In this document: piece after piece, positions 29,216 to 37,908 of the stretch
How positions within the stretch are numbered: position 1 is the first letter of the stretch
How the letters are laid out: each line of letters opens with the position of its first letter
Source: an uncultured virus (IMG/VR IMGVR_UViG_2865217878_000004)
Taxonomy: Duplodnaviria > Heunggongvirae > Uroviricota > Caudoviricetes
DNA: 64,000 bases
Direction: 5' to 3' (one strand)
Virus record (IMG/VR): IMGVR_UViG_2865217878_000004
Notes under the pieces: generated by a model
Seen by the model: only the letters and a program-made list of their open reading frames with translations
Database searches by the model: none
What the model was told of the DNA's origin: nothing
Position numbers and translations under genes: made by a program

Positions 29216-29433
29216 TCAAGAAGGTCGACCTCACCAACGCGGTCTGGGCCAAGAGCGCCCGAAGCAACGGCGGCACCAACTGCTTGGAGGTCGCATTTGT
29301 CGACGGAGTCGTCGCCCTGCGTGACTCCAAGGACGTCGGTGACCCCAATGCCACGGTGCTGTTCATCTCGGAAGACGACTACCGCGCCTACATCGGAGGA
29401 GTCCAGGACGGTCAGAGGGACCTCCTGCCCTGA
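29212..29433 (+). CDS. DUF397 protein (Scr2-like)
   Basis: WAKS..S...NCLEVA...ALRDSK. Confidence 0.92.
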   Translation: MIKKVDLTNAVWAKSARSNGGTNCLEVAFVDGVVALRDSKDVGDPNATVLFISEDDYRAYIGGVQDGQRDLLP

Positions 29434-29627
29434 CCTTGACGACGAGGCGTCCCCGTAGCCCTCTGCCAGGCACTCCCGGCAGAGGGCTGCCCATGTCCGG
29501 CCGGCGCTCGCTGCGACCGACCGGCAGGCGCACGATGAGGCATAGTCGGAGGGCGGTACCGGGTACCCGTTACCGCTCCTGAGGAGCCAGAGAAGGGACC
29601 GCGCTCGTCCCGGGCAGAGGAGAGTGG

Positions 29628-30077
29628 ATGCCACAGGACAGCCCGCGGGGAACATATCTTCAAGTCGCCGAGTCCATCCGCACGCGGATCGTCGAAGATC
29701 CTCATCTCGTTGACCTCCCGCCGGTCAGCAGGTTGATGGAAGACCACGGGGTATCGCGGAGCTTGGTTACGCGTGCGCTGAAGAGCCTCCAGCGCGACGG
29801 CGTCGTCACATCCATTCAGGGCGCCGGCTGGCGCGTTGTCCGAAGCGAAGACGACGCGCGCCCCTTGGTGGACCGCATCCGTGCGGTCTTCGCTGAGGAC
29901 TCCCTGGGGATCGGAGATACCTTCCCCAGCGAGGCGCAGCTGTGTGCGCGATTCGGACGCTCGCGCACGGCCATCCGCTCAGCCCTTGCCGAGCTTGAGG
30001 GTACCGGGCTGCTTGAGCGGGTCCCCGGAAAGCCGCGAACTGTGCGCGTCGTGCCCGAGGAGCAGACCGGCCCGTAG
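29628..30077 (+). CDS. Tandem GntR-type winged-HTH regulator
   Basis: Two GntR HTHs: LPPV..L...GVSR..V.RAL and FPSE..L...FGRSRTAIR.AL. Confidence 0.85.
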   Translation: MPQDSPRGTYLQVAESIRTRIVEDPHLVDLPPVSRLMEDHGVSRSLVTRALKSLQRDGVVTSIQGAGWRVVRSEDDARPLVDRIRAVFAEDSLGIGDTFPSEAQLCARFGRSRTAIRSALAELEGTGLLERVPGKPRTVRVVPEEQTGP

Positions 30078-30088
30078 CCTTGAGCGGC

Positions 30089-30240
30089 ATGGGACTCACC
30101 GCCTCGGCGTGTCCGCTGGCCGAATCACTGCTTGCCGAAGCGCTCCCCGGGCCGCTGGGCTCATTGCCTTGGCGTGGCGGAGCGGGCCTGCACTCTCGCT
30201 CCCGTCCGCGGCGAGGATGTCGATCTGGCCGCGACTCGAC
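30089..30240 (+). pseudogene. HD-domain phosphohydrolase N-terminal remnant
   Basis: LAESLLAEALPG|RWAHCLGVAERA..LAPV.GEDVDL, frameshifted and cut before the HD motif. Confidence 0.65.
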
Positions 30241-30351
30241 CGGCAACGAAGCTGGCGCGCGCCTCCGCCAGCAGCGGCTCGGAGCACACCCGAACCACCG
30301 CAAGTACGTTCTTCCTGACCGCCGATTCGGGTGGGGGTGCGGGGTACCCGG

Positions 30352-31170
30352 TCAGCGGAGGATGGCGAGCTGGTGCGGCGGCGGCGTTGGGGAGCTGACG
30401 TACCCGGCCGCGTACAGCCGCCGCCAGATCAACGCCTCTCCCTTGGGAGTGACGTAGGTGGTCGAGCGGGCCTGCGGAGGCCGGTCAGGATGGGTCTCGA
30501 TGACGAAGGTCTTCAGCTCGAAGTGCCCTCTGCGGACGTGGTCTGCGTACGGCTCGTTCTTACGGGTCCCGGAAGGTATGAGCAGCCCCTCGGCGTAGAG
30601 GAACTGCCGTAGCGCTCGCTCCTGGATGCCGAACCGCTTGGCGACGGAACCCACCAGAGCCAGCCCGGCAGCGTCGAGGGTCTGCCGGGCTCGGGCTGCG
30701 TCCGGGGCAAGTTCGGCGGCGCGCTGCTCTGCGGCGTCGGCGCGGTCTCGTTCGGTCTTCGCGATCTCGATCGCGCGGGCGGTCAGCTGGGTCTGCCGCT
30801 CCAGCTCGGCCAGCGGGTCGCCCAGCGCTGGGGCTGCCTCGTATCGGCCCGTCCGGCGGATGGAGGGGATGACCTCCTCGGCGATCCAGTCCTGGAAGCG
30901 CTCGGCGGCCGACAGGTTGCTGCGCATCACCAGCCGGTACACGCCTGACTCCGAGACGATCTTCCGGTTAGGGTTACCCGGGGTTCCGTCAGGAATCGTG
31001 ACGGAACTCTTCATCCGGTCCGGGAGCTGGCCCACGGCCATCCGGCCGTTGGCGTACCCAAGGATGTCAGTCACGTCGGAGGCGACGAACCAGGGTTCAT
31101 CGTCGATGAGGAGCGTGCGCACCCGCGCGCCGTCGAAGCTGAACGGGATCATGTTGGTCATGGCGATCAC
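30352..31170 (-). CDS. Phage antirepressor (BRO-N + KilAC)
   Basis: EPWFVASDV..ILGY, SESGVYRLVMRS, FQDWI..EVIPSIRRTG, TYVTPKG. Confidence 0.92.
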   Translation of the reverse strand: MIAMTNMIPFSFDGARVRTLLIDDEPWFVASDVTDILGYANGRMAVGQLPDRMKSSVTIPDGTPGNPNRKIVSESGVYRLVMRSNLSAAERFQDWIAEEVIPSIRRTGRYEAAPALGDPLAELERQTQLTARAIEIAKTERDRADAAEQRAAELAPDAARARQTLDAAGLALVGSVAKRFGIQERALRQFLYAEGLLIPSGTRKNEPYADHVRRGHFELKTFVIETHPDRPPQARSTTYVTPKGEALIWRRLYAAGYVSSPTPPPHQLAILR

Positions 31171-31203
31171 GTCCCTTGGTCGTAGTGGACAGCGGCGGGT
31201 GTT

Positions 31204-32280
31204 TCAGATGGGCCGGCCATCTGCTGCTGAGCCCGTCGAGGCTGGGTCGGCACGCCTGATGCGGGGCCGGAACAGTCGCTTGCCGCGTTCGTGCACGGTG
31301 ACCGAGAAGATCACCTGATGAGCGGCCGGTCCTCCGAGGAACGCCTGGTTGGTGATGAGGAGCTGGTTGTCGTGGAAGGCGACGCCACCGAGGAGGTCGA
31401 AGGGGACCTGCGGCTCCTCGTTGTCCTGGGAGGCGGCCGGCAGGCGGGTGATCTCCCGGCCGTCGCGGCTGAGTACGAGCAGCGTGCTGGCGACGGCGAG
31501 TGCGACGTAGACGGTGCCGCTGCGGCTGACGGCGAACCCGTCCGGGGTCTCGCCAGGGCCGCCTTCCCAGAACAGGCGCCGCTGTCCGGGCCGGCCGTCA
31601 CGCCCGATGTCCAGGGTGTACAGACGTCCTCGGGCGTTCGCGAGCTCGTCGGGGTCCTGGAGGTCGTGGGCGGACTCGGCGAGCAGCAGGGTGCGGCCGT
31701 GGTCGAGGAAGCGGACGGTGTTGGGGCCGAACAGCGAGTCCATGTCGGAGGCGGTGTACCAGACTTCTCCGGTGCCGCCGCCGGGAGGCACACGCCAGAT
31801 CAGGGCCTGGGTGAGGTCGCCGATGTACAGGTTGCCGTCGGGGTCGAACGCGAGGTTGATCGGCGCGGCCGGCCGGTCGGCCGTCGCGGCGGAGCATCCG
31901 GCGTCTCGAGCGTCGCCTTCGCACAGCGGTACGTCGGGGAGTTCCGCGTACGTCGTCTGCTCGCCGGTGCGGGGGTCGAGGGTGATGACCCGCGACGGCG
32001 ACTGGTCGACGGCGTAGAGAATGCCGTCATGGTCGAGCGCCAGACCTGATATCCCTTGAACGGGGTGGATTTGACCTTTCACCGTGAAGTCGGCGGTGAT
32101 GTCGCCGTGGCGGTTGTAGGCGTAGATGTGTGAGGCGACGTCGGGTTGGTTGGTGATGTCGCGGTGCGTTGCGACATAGATGGTGTCTCGATCGACCGCG
32201 ATTCCGAGGGGGTGCCCAGGGAAGGGCACCTCAGCCCAGACCTCGACCTGGAACGCGGGATGGTGCGGAGAGCAGTGCAT
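31204..32280 (-). CDS. SMP-30/gluconolactonase-like beta-propeller, copy A
   Basis: P.NLAFD.DGNLY, GPN, PDGFA repeats; CAGGAG RBS. Confidence 0.8.
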   Translation of the reverse strand: MHCSPHHPAFQVEVWAEVPFPGHPLGIAVDRDTIYVATHRDITNQPDVASHIYAYNRHGDITADFTVKGQIHPVQGISGLALDHDGILYAVDQSPSRVITLDPRTGEQTTYAELPDVPLCEGDARDAGCSAATADRPAAPINLAFDPDGNLYIGDLTQALIWRVPPGGGTGEVWYTASDMDSLFGPNTVRFLDHGRTLLLAESAHDLQDPDELANARGRLYTLDIGRDGRPGQRRLFWEGGPGETPDGFAVSRSGTVYVALAVASTLLVLSRDGREITRLPAASQDNEEPQVPFDLLGGVAFHDNQLLITNQAFLGGPAAHQVIFSVTVHERGKRLFRPRIRRADPASTGSAADGRPI

Positions 32281-32326
32281 GAGATTCTCCTGTGATTCTC
32301 AGGCCCGTTGCCGTGTCCGAGCGAGA

Positions 32327-33409
32327 TCAGGTTGTCCAGTAGAGGATCTCGGCCCGGCCCCAAGTGATCGTGACCGGTTCCACATCGCCCGGTAGAAGAA
32401 CCTCACAGACGAGACGGTCGTCCCGAGAACCACCGATGTGGGCTGGCCAGTTGTGAACGAAGTGGCCGTCCCCGCCAGAGTGCACAGGCGAGCTGATAGG
32501 CATCCGTGCGCCCTGGTGCCATCCGTCGTCGTCGCGGTAGTTGTGGCCAAAGCGCATCTGGATCTCCTGGCCTTCGGTCATCCCAGCAACTCGGATAGCA
32601 AAGGCTCCGGTGTAAGAGGCCGGTCCGTGGAGGACCGTCTGCTCGGGGTGCTTTTCTTGCCACTCGCCTTCTCGATAGACTCGGTCGAAGGTGAGGGTGT
32701 GCCACGCGCCTGGCCGAATGGTCTGCACGTGTTGGGCAGTAGTGCTGTAAATAGCCCGCTCGGGCATATCCTCTTCCTCCTCGTTCGGATTCCAACTTGA
32801 GGGGTGCTTGAGCCGTTCGATGACGCGGCGTCGGATATCACGCATGGAGACACCGGGTCCGCGGGGATCGATCTTGCCGGGCTGCCACTCCAGGTGACCG
32901 ATCACGCTGGTGTCGCCGTCCCGGCCCCAGTGGTGAGCGCGGCAGAGGGCTGCGGAAGCGCGGACAATGGCCTCGACCTGCTCGGGAGGCCAGGGGTCCC
33001 TGTTGTCCCCGAGGTTGACGCATTCGAAGCCATAGAAATGGCGGTTGCCGTCGGTATCGGCCTCGTTGTCCGCAGGGAGTTCGCGTTCGGCGATGACTGC
33101 GGCGAGCACGTCACCATCGCCGGCTCCCGCGTGATTGGCTCGGCCGTGGCCCACCATGTGGACAGTGCCGTCCTTCGCTATGACGCCATGGCACAGCGGG
33201 CCCGGCAGGTCGGAGCGGCCTTCATAGCAGAGTTCGACGGAGGCGCCGGTGCCGGTGGTAACCGTGTGATGGATCATCACCCCGTGAACCGGGCCCCAGG
33301 ACCCGACGTGATTGCGGTTATGGGTGCGCCAATTCCTGAACTCGACCACCCGCACGCCCTCGTCTCGGAGAGCGTTGATAAGCCGGTCAGTGGAAAGTGG
33401 TTCAGCCAT
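32327..33409 (-). CDS. Endolysin, N-acetylmuramoyl-L-alanine amidase
   Basis: VMIHHT, LPGPLCH, ANHAG, GFEC, IGHLEW..GKIDP. Confidence 0.92.
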   Translation of the reverse strand: MAEPLSTDRLINALRDEGVRVVEFRNWRTHNRNHVGSWGPVHGVMIHHTVTTGTGASVELCYEGRSDLPGPLCHGVIAKDGTVHMVGHGRANHAGAGDGDVLAAVIAERELPADNEADTDGNRHFYGFECVNLGDNRDPWPPEQVEAIVRASAALCRAHHWGRDGDTSVIGHLEWQPGKIDPRGPGVSMRDIRRRVIERLKHPSSWNPNEEEEDMPERAIYSTTAQHVQTIRPGAWHTLTFDRVYREGEWQEKHPEQTVLHGPASYTGAFAIRVAGMTEGQEIQMRFGHNYRDDDGWHQGARMPISSPVHSGGDGHFVHNWPAHIGGSRDDRLVCEVLLPGDVEPVTITWGRAEILYWTT

Positions 33410-33414
33410 AGTGC

Positions 33415-35286
33415 TTACTCTCCCGGGAGGGCCTGTAGATTGCGGACTTTACCGATGAACGGCGCGGGATTCTGGGTGGCGAAGGATTCCTCTTTCTCTA
33501 CGAAGAAATAGGGGCCTCGGTACTGCGTGTCGTCGGTGGTGACGACGTACTCTGTGCCTCCGGCCAGGGTCCTCGTGAATGAGATCGATTCGGGTGTCAC
33601 GGCGAGTTCATAGGTGTTCCAGAATCCGGCTGCTACGGCAGGGCTGCTGGTGTCCTCTGCGAGCGTGGTGAGAGTGGAGGTTTCGGATTCCCATTTCCCT
33701 ATGCCGATAGCGCCGCTGGCGCGCTGCCATACCCGGTACATGCCCTGCGGGCCTTCCGGGAATCCAGCAGGGTTCAGGTCCGGGTTATCCGGCGGCCAGG
33801 CGTAGGGGTCGTCGTCGGATTCCGCTCCGAACAGCAGGCCCATCTTGTTGCGGGTTACCGGGTTCACCTCTTTGAACATCAGGTCGAATCTGATCCGGTA
33901 ATTCTGCGGGTCCGGAAGTGGGCAGGCGCGGCCGATGAGGATCGCAGGACGGCCTTGGCTGTTGCCCCATTCGCCGGGGATGACCAGGCCAGGGCCGTCC
34001 TCGTGGAGCGGCGGGGTCGCAGGGGTGCCTTCGGTGTAGCCGCGGACGTTCGTGCCGAGGATGGCGCGGGCGTCGGTCGCGAAGGTGAGCTGGCCGGCAG
34101 CCATCCGACGGTGTGTCCAGGGGTCCTCGCCGCGGCGGTAGTCATGGCGCTCGGGGCCGCGGTAGTAGACCGGGTCCAGGCTGAAGCCGCCGCGGATGCC
34201 GAGCTGGTTCACGCGCGCGCGGTGGCTGTGGCGGGTGGCGCCCCACATCAGGACCTGGATTCCGGCGTCCCGGTACGCGGCGAACACTTCGTCGGCGTAG
34301 TAGCGGTCGAGGATCATCCATTGCGCACCGGATGCGGCCACGTCCTCCACCGGCCAGGGAAGTGCCGTTTCGCCCCAGATGGTGGGGCGCGGTGAGGCCA
34401 GTCCGGCGGTCAGCCCGGCATTGACGATCGTCGAGACGTTGATCAGCTCGGAGGCGGTGATGATGGCCCAGTCCTGAGCGCATATCTGGAGCACGCCGCG
34501 GATCGCCGCGGCGACGTTCGCGGCCTCGGAGGTCTCCGGAGCCGGGTTAATGCCGACGTGACAGTCCAGCAGTGCCACGGACTTCCCGCCCAGCCGTTGA
34601 AGGAAGGCCGGGAGCAGCATCATGTGGTAGTTCGGGGCCAGCCAGCCGTACCAGCCACCGCGTCGAGCACCGCGTTCGGAGGTGCTTACGTACGGGTCGT
34701 CCGAGCTGCCGGCGTAGACGTAGGCGGAGGCGATGGTGTCGGAGTCCAGCAGCAGCGCGGGAGCGGACTCGTAGATCGAGCACCGCCCGGAGCGAAGGAT
34801 GGTGGTGTCGCCTTCCAGGATCACGCCGATGCCGTCTGCACTGGCGCAGACTGGCACCCCGGTGATGTCGATCTGGTGGGCGATGCAGTAGTCGACGCCC
34901 TGAGGGGAGTTGCCGGGGTTGTGGTATCCGGCCAGGCGATCAGCGCCGACCACATCCGGCGCGGGCGGCAGGGCAGCAATCGTCCGTACACAGGCGGCAG
35001 GGTCGCTACCACCGTCGCCGATGACCGCAAGGCCGCCGCTGGGCCCGAACGTTATCCCGCCGCCGGGTTCCAGCCGGGCCTGAAGCCGAGCGGTTCCTTC
35101 ATCCCAGACGAGCCCGGGACCGGTGTGCTCCCCGACGCTCGCGGCGACGCCTTCGGTGCCGGTATGGCCCTCGTGGTTGACGCCCACGGTCCACGGGTTC
35201 AGCACCGAGCCGTTGCCGTCCCTGACCAGGGGCGGTTCGACCTCCAGGTTGCAGAAGCACCCCTGGGCACAACCGCATCTCGCCAT
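33415..35286 (-). CDS. Tail-associated protein with GDPD-like TIM barrel and C-terminal lectin-like domain
   Basis: VGADRLAG..NPGNS...V.ASADG resembles GDPD AHRG..PENT; follows the minor tail genes. Confidence 0.65.
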   Translation of the reverse strand: MARCGCAQGCFCNLEVEPPLVRDGNGSVLNPWTVGVNHEGHTGTEGVAASVGEHTGPGLVWDEGTARLQARLEPGGGITFGPSGGLAVIGDGGSDPAACVRTIAALPPAPDVVGADRLAGYHNPGNSPQGVDYCIAHQIDITGVPVCASADGIGVILEGDTTILRSGRCSIYESAPALLLDSDTIASAYVYAGSSDDPYVSTSERGARRGGWYGWLAPNYHMMLLPAFLQRLGGKSVALLDCHVGINPAPETSEAANVAAAIRGVLQICAQDWAIITASELINVSTIVNAGLTAGLASPRPTIWGETALPWPVEDVAASGAQWMILDRYYADEVFAAYRDAGIQVLMWGATRHSHRARVNQLGIRGGFSLDPVYYRGPERHDYRRGEDPWTHRRMAAGQLTFATDARAILGTNVRGYTEGTPATPPLHEDGPGLVIPGEWGNSQGRPAILIGRACPLPDPQNYRIRFDLMFKEVNPVTRNKMGLLFGAESDDDPYAWPPDNPDLNPAGFPEGPQGMYRVWQRASGAIGIGKWESETSTLTTLAEDTSSPAVAAGFWNTYELAVTPESISFTRTLAGGTEYVVTTDDTQYRGPYFFVEKEESFATQNPAPFIGKVRNLQALPGE

Positions 35287-35289
35287 CGG

Positions 35290-35526
35290 TCAGACCTCCT
35301 GTTCGTCGCAAGGGCCATCGGCGCAGCGCTGGCCGGTCTCCCGGCTCTCCCACCACGCCTGGCCAAATTGGTCATGCGTCACCCGCCACCAGCGGCCGCC
35401 CAGGCGCACGGTCATCACTGCCGCCATGGCGCCATCGCCGAGTGCGGCGCGGCCGAGCGCACGCTGCGCCGCGACGGCGGCGCGCTGAGGGCGTTGTCCG
35501 GCGCGTTGTCCGGGGGCGGCGGGCAT
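35290..35526 (-). CDS. Small hypothetical tail-region protein
   Basis: Coupled between tail genes. Confidence 0.6.
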   Translation of the reverse strand: MPAAPGQRAGQRPQRAAVAAQRALGRAALGDGAMAAVMTVRLGGRWWRVTHDQFGQAWWESRETGQRCADGPCDEQEV

Positions 35527-35527
35527 G

Positions 35528-36664
35528 TCAGATCCCTTCCGGCAGCGCGGCGGTCGGCACGAGGGTCACCGCGACTTCTTCGCCGGCCGCCCCCCAGCCG
35601 ACCTCGACGTCCGAGAGGGTGAAGGCGGCGGTGGTCTCCATGCAGAAGCCCTCGGTTGTAAGGTCCAGCCGTTCTCCGGCGACGAGTTGGTGGATCGACA
35701 GCGGCGCGGTGGGGGCGAGGCGGGAGCCGGTCGGTACCGAGACCACGAGCGGCGCCGGGTACCGGCCGCGCAGGGCTTCGCGCGCCATCTGCTCCAGCTC
35801 GGCCTCGCCGGCGTCGGTGGCGGAGGCAACCAGCCAGTCCAGCCGTCCGTACGGCGTGCCGATCTCGCCGGTGCCGGCGGTGGCGCCGTCGGAGATGTCG
35901 TTCGAGCGCTGGCTGGTGGCCCAGGCGTACGTCGCGGCCGCGGAGCCGTCCTTGATCACTTCGATGTCGCCGATGACGTGGTCGAGGGTGAGCCGGGTCT
36001 GTGCGCGGTCGCTCTCTCGCTTGGAGAAGCGCAGCAGGAGCGACCGGCCGCTGGTGGTGAACTCCAGTCCCCGCAGCGCGAGCTCGTGAAGAACGTCCAG
36101 GACGCTCGCGCTCCAGACCGCCGCGTTCGAGCTGCCGTCCTTCTCGAAGCGCGCGGTCGGTCCGTCATTGCGCACGATGTGCCGCAGCAGGTTCGGGTAG
36201 TCGGGAGGGTCGGAGAACGGGGAGGTGAGGTTGGCCTCGATGATGTGCTGGGCGATCCACTGCACCGGGCCGCGCCGGCGGCCTGCGGCGTCCGGCGTGT
36301 CGGTGACATAGCGCAGCAGCCAGGTGTTCTGGCAGCGCGCCAGCCAGCCGAGCATGTCCTGGGCTTCGATGACGAAGGAGCTGCGGGTCTCCCGCGGCTG
36401 CCGGGCGATCGGCCCCTGCCAGACCAGATCCAGATCCCGGTACAAGGACAGCTCATGCACCCAGGGCTCGACCTGGCCGAGTTGGGCGCAGCATTCGGCC
36501 GCGCCGGCCTTGGCGATCGTGACCTGCGCTTCCGAGATGTCGTTGACCGTTCGGGACCAGGAGAGCTCGGTGAGCGCGTCGACGGACGGTGAGACGAACG
36601 GACGGCTGCCGCCGCGCCAGTGGATGATCGCCCGGTACTCCTGCGGGCTTCCCAGGACCGGCAT
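35528..36664 (-). CDS. Minor tail protein (baseplate hub-like)
   Basis: Second gene after the tape measure; WSR...S.A...L.LYRD..LVWQGP. Confidence 0.8.
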   Translation of the reverse strand: MPVLGSPQEYRAIIHWRGGSRPFVSPSVDALTELSWSRTVNDISEAQVTIAKAGAAECCAQLGQVEPWVHELSLYRDLDLVWQGPIARQPRETRSSFVIEAQDMLGWLARCQNTWLLRYVTDTPDAAGRRRGPVQWIAQHIIEANLTSPFSDPPDYPNLLRHIVRNDGPTARFEKDGSSNAAVWSASVLDVLHELALRGLEFTTSGRSLLLRFSKRESDRAQTRLTLDHVIGDIEVIKDGSAAATYAWATSQRSNDISDGATAGTGEIGTPYGRLDWLVASATDAGEAELEQMAREALRGRYPAPLVVSVPTGSRLAPTAPLSIHQLVAGERLDLTTEGFCMETTAAFTLSDVEVGWGAAGEEVAVTLVPTAALPEGI

Positions 36665-36671
36665 CAGTGCC

Positions 36672-37907
36672 TCACCCCATGTCCGATCGCGGGATGAGCT
36701 GGACGCGGGCGCGCGCGTCGGGGGCGACCGTGTCGGCCATAGCCATGACCTCCACGCACAGCCCGGACGGGCAGGGGAAGACCGGCCAGGTGAACGAGGT
36801 GCCTTGCGGGCCGTAGAGGGTGGGGGTGTCGGTGGCGGTGCCGACTTGAGAGGGGCATTCGACGACGGCGCGTTGCAGGCGGCCGTCTACCGTCAGGATC
36901 GAGCGGGCCGGCAGGTAGGGGATGGTGATGTGCCAGCACGCCTGGCAGGGGTCGGACACGTCGAAGCAGTCGATGCCCTGCGGGTTGGCCCAGCCGCGCA
37001 GCACCAGACGTCGGATCGCGCTGGTGCCGGTCATGACCTCGATCAACGGCACGGTCTCCAGCCATTGCGGCTGGTCGAGTACGCCCAGGGACACCACTTG
37101 CGCGCGGAAGGTGGCGACGCCGGTCGGATAGCACGCGTCGACCGGCACCGGCGGACGCGGCGGCAGCGCAGGCGGCGGGCAGTCCGGGTCCTGCGTGCAG
37201 GGAGGCGGGTCCTGGCAGTAGTCATGCACCGTGTCCGGGTCGAGATCGACCACCAGGCCCTCGCCGAGATCCACCCAGTCCGCGGAGGCGGCCAGCGGCT
37301 CACGGAAGATGAACGGACGTCCGGCGGCAAGGGCGAACGTCACGGTCGCGATCAGCCCGCCGCCAGTCAGGCGTAGGGTCGCGGTGACCTGCGGGCCGTC
37401 CAGCAACCCGACGTCATACAGATGCCGCAGCTCCGAGGTGCCGTCGATGGGGCAGGAGGCGAACACGCACATCTCGTCCCCTGCGCACGCCGTGCAGGCG
37501 CTGCCGCGCAGCGCGCTGGCCAGCCACTCCAGCCCGTAGGACAGCGCGGCGGGATCGGCGGCGACCAGGAGAACGGTGTAAGCGATCTCGCGATGTGTCC
37601 GTCGGAGAACCCCGAGGGCGGCGCCGTCGCCGACCAGCTGGGAGGGGGTGCGTTCGATCGGGTTGGTGTCGAAGCCGGCCACCGTCTGGCCGAGCACGCC
37701 GAGGAAGCCGCTGGACTCCCGGATAGCGGGGTCGAACCAGGGGGCAGGGTCCTGCCGGAGATCCCAGTACGGCATGTCGCCGACCGCAGCCGGGACCTCG
37801 GGGCATGGCTCGCAGGTGATCGGAATGCCGCTGGCGGTCGCATAGGCATGGGCTCGAGCGGAATTGATGACCTCGGTGCCGGCTAGGTCCATGTAGTCCA
37901 CCAGCAC
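36672..37907 (-). CDS. Distal/minor tail protein
   Basis: Directly downstream of the tape measure; APWFDP...S..F.G, Cys-rich. Confidence 0.8.
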   Translation of the reverse strand: MLVDYMDLAGTEVINSARAHAYATASGIPITCEPCPEVPAAVGDMPYWDLRQDPAPWFDPAIRESSGFLGVLGQTVAGFDTNPIERTPSQLVGDGAALGVLRRTHREIAYTVLLVAADPAALSYGLEWLASALRGSACTACAGDEMCVFASCPIDGTSELRHLYDVGLLDGPQVTATLRLTGGGLIATVTFALAAGRPFIFREPLAASADWVDLGEGLVVDLDPDTVHDYCQDPPPCTQDPDCPPPALPPRPPVPVDACYPTGVATFRAQVVSLGVLDQPQWLETVPLIEVMTGTSAIRRLVLRGWANPQGIDCFDVSDPCQACWHITIPYLPARSILTVDGRLQRAVVECPSQVGTATDTPTLYGPQGTSFTWPVFPCPSGLCVEVMAMADTVAPDARARVQLIPRSDMG

Positions 37908-37908
37908 G

